This document shows, in pieces, positions 56,401-64,000 of a stretch of DNA of 64,000 bases. Source of the DNA: Zygnema circumcarinatum SAG 698-1b (taxonomy: Eukaryota; Plantae; Zygnematophyceae); assembly GCA_037447605.1 (NCBI GenBank), contig CM074818.1, positions 1,500,617-1,564,616 on the forward strand, given 5' to 3'. Positions within the stretch are counted from its first letter, which is position 1. Each line of letters begins with the position of its first letter. The notes under the pieces were generated by a model. The model did not search any database, was not told the DNA's origin, and was given only the letters and a program-made list of their open reading frames with translations. A program made the position numbers and the translations under genes.

Positions 56401-58584
56401 ACACTTCCTTGAGTAATCATCAAGAAAAGTGACAAAGTATTCAGCTCCCCCTCTACTTGTTGGACTGATTTGTCCGCAAACATCTGAATGTATCAACTCC
56501 AACTTCCTCTTGGCTTGGAAACCACGCTCTCCATGATCATGATGCGGTTTCTTGTGACTCTTGCTGGTCAAGCAGCATTCACATTCTGTTCTGGCTCCTT
56601 CGTCAGTCACTCCTTGCATCCCAATGACTAGATCTCCATCTGCCAGCATACTCACATTCCTCTTGTTTAGGTGGCCGAATCTGCGATGCCACAGGGTTAG
56701 GGATTCTTTCTCTGCTACTGACTGCACCTTCACACTGTCATTCCATCTCTGCCACTTAAGGTAGTAAAGTCCACCTCTACTTGGTCCTTCACCAATTATT
56801 CTTCCAGACTCATCTTCAATTAACTTGCAAAATGGCTTCTTGAATAAGAAAGTGCGATCATCGTCAAGTAGCTGGTTCACTGACAATAGATTGTACTTCA
56901 TTGCTGTTGTGCAGAGCACGTTCTGGATCTTCACCTTCACCGGCTTATCCGCCACGAAAAGCTCAACTGCGACAGTACCAATCTGATCTACCTTGATTCT
57001 CCTTCCATCGGCAACTTCAAGAATTCTTGGTACTGGTAGTGTCCTCATTGACTCGAAGAGATCAAAGTCTTTGCAGATGTGATTTGATGCTCCTGTGTCA
57101 ACTAGCCATTCGGTCTCCTTTACTGATGCTGCGTTCACAGTTGTGACTGTGAGGATCGTCACCAAATTTGCATGGTCTTCTTTCTCCTCTTCTGTGACGA
57201 CGGCTGCATGGTCTCTATTGTGTGTGCAATTTCTGGCAGAGTGGCCAGGTTTTCCACAAGTGTAACAGTAACCCCTAAAGCTACTAGTCGCTCCTCCTCT
57301 TCCACCTCTAAAACCACCTCTGAATCCTCCTCCTCTGGACATTCCACCATGGCTCTGGTCTCTTACTTCAGCACCTCCAATTTGATTCTGAGTGTTCCTT
57401 GTCTTTGTGCAGTCACGTGCGTAGTGACCAGACTCTCCACATGAGTAGCAAATGGTTTGCGCGTTCATGGCTCTTCCTGGGTTGCCAAAGCCTCCTCGGC
57501 CACGACCTCTTCCTCTGTCACCTCTACTGGCACTTCCTCTACCGCGATCTCCTCTTGTTATCGCCATTGCTGACTCTGTATCAGTAACCTTCATCCTCCC
57601 CTTCTTTTTCTGGTAATCCTCAGCTTCCTGAATTCTGGCTTTAGCTATATCAAGCGTCATTCCTGATGCATGGGTCTGAATTATCAGATTGTCTGCAGTC
57701 ACCTCAAATCTGTTTGCAAGCCCGCTCAAATACACAAATGATTGGGCGTTTTCAGGCACCTCAGTCCCTGTCAATTCCAACCTCTGCAAAACTCCATCAA
57801 ATCTGATCGTGTACTCCTGCAACGTCTCCGACTCCTTCATCCGGATGTTATGAAAGTCCGCATAGGCTGAGACACTTAGAGCTGTTCCCTTTGCAGCGTA
57901 GATAGTATCTAATTTGTTCCACATCTCAGCTGCAGTTTTCCCTCTTAGCATCCTAGAATGAGTCTCCTTAATTGTAGTCAGGATAGTGGCCTGTGCTTTC
58001 CCTTCTCTCCTTTCCCAGGCGTCATGTGCCACAGGATCGGTAGCTGCTGGCTCAGGGTCTTTCCCAAGAACTGTCTTTAGCAAACCTTTTGCCATAAAGA
58101 CTGCCAGCAATCTGTTACTCCACGAATCATAGTTACTCCCATCCAATAATCTGATTGAATATTTCTCATCGTCTTCTCCTCCTGTTGCTCTGATACCACT
58201 TGTTGAAGACATGACTGTCTTCTTATCTTCTATCTCCAACTCAGATCTACCAACCTTCATTCAATCAATGGAATTTGCATCCTATGCATACATCATATAA
58301 AATGGCATCCTATGCCTTGAATTCAGCAAAGCCGGCGGCAAGACAGAATTACAACAGTCGGGTCCCAAAGCCAACTTAAGGAACAATCAAGACGATGGGT
58401 TAAGGGCAATCAATCCTAGCCGTCCGATCTACAAATCTCAAGATCAACGGTATTTGTTCTATCCTACCAAAACTGGGCCGATGTAACAGGCCGTACAAAA
58501 TCGTCTGTACTTTCTATCCGTACATAAAATCGTACAACTGAAACTGTGACTAAATGACAGTCGAAAAGTGACATTTCCTTCACA
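53448..58584 (-). mobile_element. Full-length intact Ty1/Copia LTR retrotransposon
   Basis: 384-bp LTRs at 53448-53831 and 58201-58584 with TG..CA ends and 2 mismatches. TSD CTATT at 53443-53447 and 58585-58589. tRNA-iMet PBS TGGTATCAGAGC 2 nt from the 5' LTR. PPT (AGAGGGGGAA on the minus strand) at 53832-53841. Confidence 0.97.
53848..58260 (-). CDS. Copia Gag-Pol polyprotein, 1470 aa, single uninterrupted ORF
   Basis: Domain order: Gag (LDGSNYDSW), two CCHC knuckles (CYSCGESGHYARDC, CYTCGKPGHSARNC), protease (WLVDTGASNH), GAG-pre-integrase/INT (LWHRRFGH, HSDVCG, DNGGEY, NGAAERLNR), RT (MDVKTAFLNG, YVDDL), RNase H (YSDSDW, EAEY, IDNKSA, ADMLTK). INT precedes RT, which is the Copia order. 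Confidence 0.97.
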   Translation of the reverse strand: MKVGRSELEIEDKKTVMSSTSGIRATGGEDDEKYSIRLLDGSNYDSWSNRLLAVFMAKGLLKTVLGKDPEPAATDPVAHDAWERREGKAQATILTTIKETHSRMLRGKTAAEMWNKLDTIYAAKGTALSVSAYADFHNIRMKESETLQEYTIRFDGVLQRLELTGTEVPENAQSFVYLSGLANRFEVTADNLIIQTHASGMTLDIAKARIQEAEDYQKKKGRMKVTDTESAMAITRGDRGRGSASRGDRGRGRGRGGFGNPGRAMNAQTICYSCGESGHYARDCTKTRNTQNQIGGAEVRDQSHGGMSRGGGFRGGFRGGRGGATSSFRGYCYTCGKPGHSARNCTHNRDHAAVVTEEEKEDHANLVTILTVTTVNAASVKETEWLVDTGASNHICKDFDLFESMRTLPVPRILEVADGRRIKVDQIGTVAVELFVADKPVKVKIQNVLCTTAMKYNLLSVNQLLDDDRTFLFKKPFCKLIEDESGRIIGEGPSRGGLYYLKWQRWNDSVKVQSVAEKESLTLWHRRFGHLNKRNVSMLADGDLVIGMQGVTDEGARTECECCLTSKSHKKPHHDHGERGFQAKRKLELIHSDVCGQISPTSRGGAEYFVTFLDDYSRKCWVFPIKRKSEVLGVFQTWQKQVEVETREKIAFLRTDNGGEYVSAAFLEHCKATGIHHQFTAPYCPQSNGAAERLNRTLTEMARSMIEDSTLDVSFWAEAITAAAYIRNRSPTATLEFKYVPQNLWTGVKPNVKHIKVWGSPCIVNIPKVKRGGKFEPTGSKGFLVGYDGDSLTYRVYDPEREKVIKSRDVVVLEREMQKNQRVQDLKIKEREEIYIDAGGDSSETDNSTPPSPRDVEEPDCSIERDARARPEVNLDGSEISSPTTESGRSASQIPEPLLRRSQRIANRSAEPRRTEEERPRNFRRATALNVRIPTDSEDLIFIAACSRARIGEPETYQEAISGPDAEKWKQAINEELKSLRENKTWSLQPLPSRRTAIGCKWTFKIKRKADGSIERYKARLVAKGYSQEYGIDYQETFAPVVKYNSLRSLIAIAAAEKMHIQQMDVKTAFLNGELQEDIFMEQPEGTIRAGKENLVCHLNRTLYGLKQAPRAWYQKINEVMKSHKFIRFENDQSVYMRGEGTERMYVGIYVDDLIIVSASMDSINAFKEILMENFKMQLVGEAQFLLGIQIQRGSQGEISLTQETYANDILEKFGFADVKTSPTPIDPAVKLSTEQSPKTEQDRKKMRNVPYRQAVGSLMYLMTGTRPDLAKAVSSVSRYMHDPGWTHWEAVKRIFRYVQGTKHYGLRYKLGGPIMVEGYSDSDWGGDFDTGRSTSGVVFTCSGSCISWSSRLQDTVALSTTEAEYIAARDAAREANWLKSFFTECGIMQQAIPLRIDNKSAIAIMENPVNHRKSKHFKLAFHYIREQVEDGEINPIFVPTEEQPADMLTKGLSGVRMRICTEMLGINEK

Positions 58585-58771
58585 CTATTCGACTGGATGC
58601 CAACCGTTGGCGCGGATCAAAACAATCATTTGAATGGTTCGGAAGCAGTGGACGCCAATGGTTGGCCACCATTCGACTGATTGCCAACCAGTACACATCC
58701 AACCATTGCCATTCAATTGTTTTCCAATGGTTGCCGATTCACCGGTCCGACCTGTGGACCGCTTCACCGTC

Positions 58772-58828
58772 GCTCTTCATGTTGCTCTTTTGTCCATCGA
58801 CATTTGATGGCACCGTGAGACCAATGCC
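58772..58828 (-). repeat. Dispersed ~75-bp motif, degenerate copy 5 (hairpin half and ATG deleted)
   Basis: Reverse complement GGCATTGGTCTCACGGTGCCATCAAATGTCGATGGACAAAAGAGCAACATG aligns to copies 1 and 4. Confidence 0.55.
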
Positions 58829-60831
58829 CTCCGTCACCAACTGAAAGTAACCAGAAAACGGCTCAAACATGAGCGAGGTTTGGGCAGAAGTTAGAGTACA
58901 GCTAAACCATGGACAATTGTGAACGAGACATTCAGAACTCAATGCGAGACTTTAAGCCTGCCGATGATTATCTCCCCGTCAGTAGTTGTGAATTGACGTT
59001 GAAGCCTTCAAAAGGGATCAGAGCAGCGCAGCGCTGCAGGTGTGATGCTTCGCGTTGTAGAACATCGCAGTGTGTTGTGTAATGAGACTGCGTGTTGTGT
59101 ACAAGTATACAAGTCATAGGGGCCGTACATGTTTGTGGTAAATGTACGTTCTGTAGAGGCACACCTCTGATGTGAGAATTTCCGTTTCGGGAATGTACGA
59201 TGAGGACGCAAAAGGAGAAGCAGAAAGTCTAAGGGAGGTCGAATGGACACAGACGAGGCGAGACTGACATTCCTCCAAGGGAGGAGAGTGCGAGCGAGAG
59301 ACAAGGGAGATCTGCTCGCTGATTGGCCCACTCGCAAGGTGTTTTTTAAGTCGTTCGCACGAGCGGACAGCTCCCGCTCTGGTTAAGAACTTGAGTGGGG
59401 CTGGTCTCCAACTAAAGAAAGAAACAGGACATGAAAATGGGCCCAACCACCGGCTGACCTATGGGGTTCGTTGACTGTGAATTCGTGACATGGACTGAAT
59501 GGGACCTTTCTACTATCAGAAAAAAAAGTTTGCATCACGCCACGTGTGAGAGAAATTTGGATCTCTGAAAAACGGTGGAAACGCAATCAGCCAAAACCGC
59601 ACTTTTGCCAAAAACCAACGACTAGATTAAATGGACTCTTAAACCCTAAATATGAACTCTCAAAACCCTAAAAACCCTTTCAAAGGACCAAACGTTCTTT
59701 TCCTACTTCTGTGCCTCCCATGCGGAGGTCTAACGACAAAAACCCGGCCAGAAAAAGACAATCATATGTTAACCATTAGGGCACAAATATACAGCGCGGC
59801 TCCACTTTCTGCTCTGCCTAACCCCCCTCCGCTGAACCCCCCTTCCTAAACGCTTCACTGTTGCCCTGAACCCTAATTTTCGCTTTTGATTTTCAATCTT
59901 TGGGTGCCCCCATTTTTTCAGTCCCTGCAGTGCTGAGAGACCGCATAGTACAGCCCGCTAACATGTTGACTGCCATGTAGCGCCAACCAAGGAAATGAAG
60001 TAAAAAAAAAAAAAAAAAACCCTACTCCGACCCATAATGAAAGAAGAAAGAAAAAGACAAAAAAAAAGGCCTGTAGAAGTTGCTTCCTGCGTCCTCTCTA
60101 AAACTTGAAACCCTAAAAGTCCCCTCCGCTCAGGCAGGACCGCCTTGTGTGACCGCAGAGGCTTGCGCCTTCCCTTAGTCAAAAATCGCCCATTTAGGGC
60201 CTCTCCCTCTCTATCTCTCTCTCGCCCTCTCTCCCTCCCCCAACCCCCCCCCCGCCCCTCCAGAAAAAAAAAAAAAAAAAACTGTGGGGACGGTATGGGC
60301 GTAGCAGAGACCTTTACAAGTTCAAATAGCTGAAGCACAAAGTAGAGACTGAATCTCCACCCGGCCGGGTCTGAACCTGCATCCAAAGAATAGTCAAAAA
60401 ATACACAAATCAAAAGGCGAGTCCGCAAGTCTCTTCAACTTCACGAGCGTGCCTGGCCAACCCTAATTCCATTCACTCACCACCAGCGGCTCACCCCCCC
60501 CAGCAGGTTTGAAGGTTGAGGGGCCTGAGAAAGCAAAAGCTACTTCCTGCCTTTATCATATTCATTCTCCTAACCTTGAATTTGCTTAAGTAGCATTCCT
60601 CTGAAGCTTTTAAACCATTACGGACAGCCTGTTCCATGTGCAAAACTGACCCCTACACTTCTGAGGTGACTCCCGCATGGAAAGCCTACCACAAAAGGTA
60701 CAGCAGGCCCCATCGAGGATGTGATAAGTCCCCTCCCTGTTTGCATGCGAGGTGGCCCCCTTGTGCTACTTCCTTTGCTCTCTCTCTCTAGGGGGTAAAG
60801 GGGCCCTCCCTCCCTCCCTCCCGGCCTCCTC

Positions 60832-63800
60832 TCACAGCCGAGTGTTTACATGCAGGCCCTTCAGCAGGGTCGTCGCCATCTGCTTGACGAGCACTTGCCC
60901 TCCCGACCGTTCGCCGTCGCGGCGGTCCTCCGTGAGGCGCTGAAGCTTGCGGGGGAGGTCGTGCTCGGCGAGGAGCTGCTTGGGGCGGGGGTGGTGCTCG
61001 TACACAGCCTGCGGGAGCGCAGGGTGGGGCCCTCTCTCAGCTCGCTCTCTCCCTCCCTTCAGCTCTCTTCTCTCTCCCTCTATCAAACCATTCCTCTCTC
61101 CCTGCCTTCAGCTCTCTTCTTTCTCAATCCTCAGCTCTGTCCTCTCTCCCTCCCTTCAGCTCACTTCACTCTCCCTCTTTCAGACCATTCCTCTCTCCCT
61201 GCCTTCAGCTCTCTTCTTTCTCAATCTTCAGCTCTGTCCTCTCTCCCTCCCTTCAGCTCACTTCACTCTCCCTCTTTCAGACCATTCCTCTCTCCCTGCC
61301 TTCAGCTCTATTCTCTCTCCCTCCCTTCAGCTTCTCACTCTTTCAGCTCTTTCCTTTCTCCCTCCCTTCAGCTCTCTTCTCTCTCCTTCGCTCAGACCAT
61401 TTCTCTCTCCCTCCCTTCAGCTCTATTCTCTCTCCCTCCCTTCAGCTTCTCACTCTTTCTCACTCTTTCAATTCTTTCCTTTCTCCCTCCCTTCAGCTCT
61501 CTTCTCTCTCCCTCTTTCAGCCCATTCCTCTCTCCCTCCCTTCAGCTCTATTCTCTCTCCCTCCCTTCAGCTTCTCTCTCCTTCTTACTTTTTCAGCTCT
61601 TTCCTCTCTCCCTCCCTGCAGCTCTTTCACCTCTCCCTCCCTTCAGCTCTTTCCTCTCTTCCTTCCTTCAGCTCTCTTCTCTCTCCCTCTTTCAGACCTT
61701 TCCTCTCTCCTTCCCTTCAGCTCTCTTCTCTCTCCCTCTTTCAGACCTTTCCTCTCTCCCTCCCTTCAGCTTCTCACTCTTTCTCACTCTTTCAGCTCTT
61801 TCCTCTCTCTCTCCATTCGGCTCTTTCCTCACTCCCTCCCTCAGCTCTTCCACCCACGAACGGCAGCCAAGCAGGGTGACATTTTGATAAGATTTACCTG
61901 CTACCTAAAAACTAGAAGCCTGAAACTCCCACATTTTTACAAAAATAAGTGCGTCTGTCTGATTGATTCTGCATGCAGCAGCTCACCTTGATCATTTTCA
62001 GTAAGTTAAGGCGAGCAATGGCATCTTGATGTTCGAGTCGGGCCACCAACAGAGGGGTCAACCCTGACACTGCCAATGCTGCATTCAAACGAACAGATTT
62101 TCTGCACATGTGCAAAGCAAACAGCCCGACGAGTTAACACAAAAACCCCAACTTCCACTCCCCACCCTTCTTCCATCAATCACATACAACCGTCTCTGCA
62201 AAGACCACTCTCTTGCAGTGCAGGACAAGCTTCACTCACGTCATCATCTTCAGAAAGGGCTCGAGAATATGGACAAAGGTGGGGCCGGAGCAGGATTGGA
62301 AGTAGGCGACCAAACGGTCCAAAGAGTCTCTCCTTAGCAGCAACTGCTCCACTCTCCTCTGCTCGCTATCATGGGCGAGACAAACCGCAAGGGAGTCCAA
62401 AGCAGTGGGAGCCCAAAAGCTATCTTTCAAAAGGACAAGGTAGAGCTCAATGGCGCCATGCATTCTCAGCTGCTCCCTTGTGATTCTTGTCGCGTGGGCC
62501 ATATCGCAAAGGAGAGGGAGAGCAAACTGGTTAAGGGACGATTCGGAGGTGATGATTTGGACTAAGTGGGAGACAATGCCGGCTTCGGCAGCAAGCTCTT
62601 GCCTCCGCTTGTTCACCTTGCAGAGGTTGTACAATGAACTGAGAACCTGAAACTCACCAACATTCACACAGAGCAGCAATTACATAACCGCTTCACTGCC
62701 GAACCCGAAGACCCAGAAACGTCTGCACCACCTTGCTGTCCATTGGAGCGTTGACCCTCCCTCTCCTCCCTCCCCTCCCTCCCCTCCCTCCCCTCCCTCC
62801 CCTCCCTCCCTCCCTCCCCTCACTCCCCTACCTCCCCTCCCTCCCCTCCCTCCCCTCCCTCCCCNNNNNNNNNNCCTCCCTCCCTCCCTCTCTCTATCAC
62901 TCTTCGTCTCTCTACCCTCTGCATGGGGATGAGGAAGTTGGGAGAACCCACCTGCTTGTGTATCTCTGCCAAATGCTGTCCTCCGTGTCTCTCAAGGAAA
63001 GGCACAAGGTTCTCTATGGCTTCAGCGCGTTGTAACGGCTCTAAACAGTGAGGGTCCGAGCTCAGCTGTCGGATGCAACGGAGCACCTGCAGATGAAGGC
63101 AAAACCAATTCTTCAACCGCTGCCAAAACTGTGCGTAACAAATTTCGATTTGAAACAAATCAAACAGCAAGTGCACCATTTGGGCCAGTTGTGAGTTTCT
63201 CCTTTCATTCTCTTGCTTTTTTATCCCTCTCCTCTCCGTCCTCGCTCTCACTTCGCCTCTCCTTCCTCTACTCCCTCACCCCACTCTCCCTCACTCTCCC
63301 TCTCTCCCCTTGTCCCCACCCCTCCCTTAATGTGCTTTGCAGTCGTCAGGCTGATCTCTTCCAATTCTGATCAAATCAGTACAACATGATAGTCCAATTC
63401 AACTCGCACACCACTTAACGAGCCCAAAAGTAAGATCTTCATGCTTTCGCACACACCTTCACAAGGACCGCCGCATCTAAATGGTCAAGCAGGTCCAACA
63501 GCCGTCTGAGTATGCTCTGACTGCAAAATTGGTCCTTCACATAATCATCTCCTCTAGCCATTTCCACCAGCACTCCTGCTGCCATACTTAGATAGAGATT
63601 CTCCTCATTTGGGTTGCCAGAAGCCCTCCTTGAAGACGACATACTGTTCGGTCTGCTGTTCCTTTCCAGCCCTGCACTCGAAGAACTGGAAGTGCTGGCT
63701 ACCGTACAGTTTCCAGACTTGCTTCTGATCAATCTTCGGCCGGCAGCACTACCTCTCCCTCCACTCCCTCTGGAGGAGTGACCTTCCATGGACCCATTTT

Positions 63801-63845
63801 CTCGCATTTCAAGGCCACCTCGGAGAGGAAGATGAGAGTTGCTTC
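60832..63845 (-). CDS. MAP3Kepsilon: 3' part of a MAP3K-epsilon / Cdc15-like kinase (ARM-repeat C-terminus); 5' exons lie beyond the window
   Basis: Exons 63845-63457, 63086-62952, 62646-62240, 62101-61987 and 61008-60832, GT-AG and in phase. They give FCSQSILRRL, QLSSDPHCLEPLQRAEAI, VLSSLYNLCKVNKRRQELAAE, ALPLLCDMAHA, HILEPFLKMMTKS, LEHQDAIARLNLLKMIKAVYEHHPRPKQL, SGGQVLVKQMATTLLKGLHVNTRL*, matching the Arabidopsis MAP3Kepsilon1/2 C-terminus as I recall it. Confidence 0.9.
61035..61850. repeat. CT-rich minisatellite (~23-25-bp TTCAG-initiated units, ~33 copies) in the last intron of MAP3K-epsilon
   Basis: Units such as TTCAGCTCTCTTCTCTCTCCCTCT and TTCAGACCATTCCTCTCTCCCTGCC. A 4-unit block of ~97 bp occurs twice. 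Confidence 0.9.
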
Positions 63846-64000
63846 CTGCACAAGCAATAAACTATCTCATCGCTGTTACAGGAGGCTGTGGAGATCTCCA
63901 GAATAAGAGAAGAGCTGTGCACTTTGTGTGAGGTTTGCATCAGTTTTACTGCAGGAGAGGAAACTGAAACACGATGGGAGAGATGACCGAAGAAGTTGCT

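Noticed and set aside
48200-61850. CRISPR-like appearance of the 33-bp and ~24-bp repeats
   Set aside because: The units are directly adjacent with no unique spacers, there are no cas genes, and the context is eukaryotic.
60850-61887. 345-aa and 310-aa plus-strand ORFs
   Set aside because: They result from the stop-free CT minisatellite and lie antisense to a MAP3K-epsilon intron and exon; the products are L/S/F/P low-complexity.
1-64000. tRNA, rRNA or snRNA genes
   Set aside because: No cloverleaf with T-loop and anticodon arm, and no rRNA or snRNA signature, was recognised by eye. A tRNAscan-SE/Infernal run would be needed to exclude them.

Overview
Intron-rich eukaryotic nuclear DNA from a green plant. 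The orthologues are land-plant-like, so a streptophyte alga or early-diverging plant is most likely; the species cannot be determined from sequence alone. Gene order: 3' end of plastid UDP-glucose pyrophosphorylase UGP3 (+); an 18-exon importin-5/karyopherin-beta3 (-); a probable 2-exon orphan gene (+); a 29-exon BTAF1/MOT1 SNF2 ATPase with two GC-AG introns (+); 5-exon phosphoribulokinase (+); an intronless 415-codon orphan ORF (+); a tandem pair of secreted legume(L)-type lectin/proline-rich (extensin-like) chimeric genes (-), one intact and one with a TGG>TGA stop and a solo LTR just behind it; and the 3' part of a MAP3K-epsilon/Cdc15-like kinase (-). The 43-59 kb accessory region is dense in mobile DNA: a young intact Ty1/Copia (384-bp LTRs with 2 mismatches, CTATT TSD) whose gag ATG lies inside the LTR, a solo LTR with the same design, a Mutator-like long-TIR MITE and a hAT MITE. 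A second hAT MITE lies just upstream of importin-5. A ~75-bp hairpin/micro-ORF motif is dispersed in 5 copies. All exon models were built by hand from splice sites, reading phase and remembered homologues; no database search was run.
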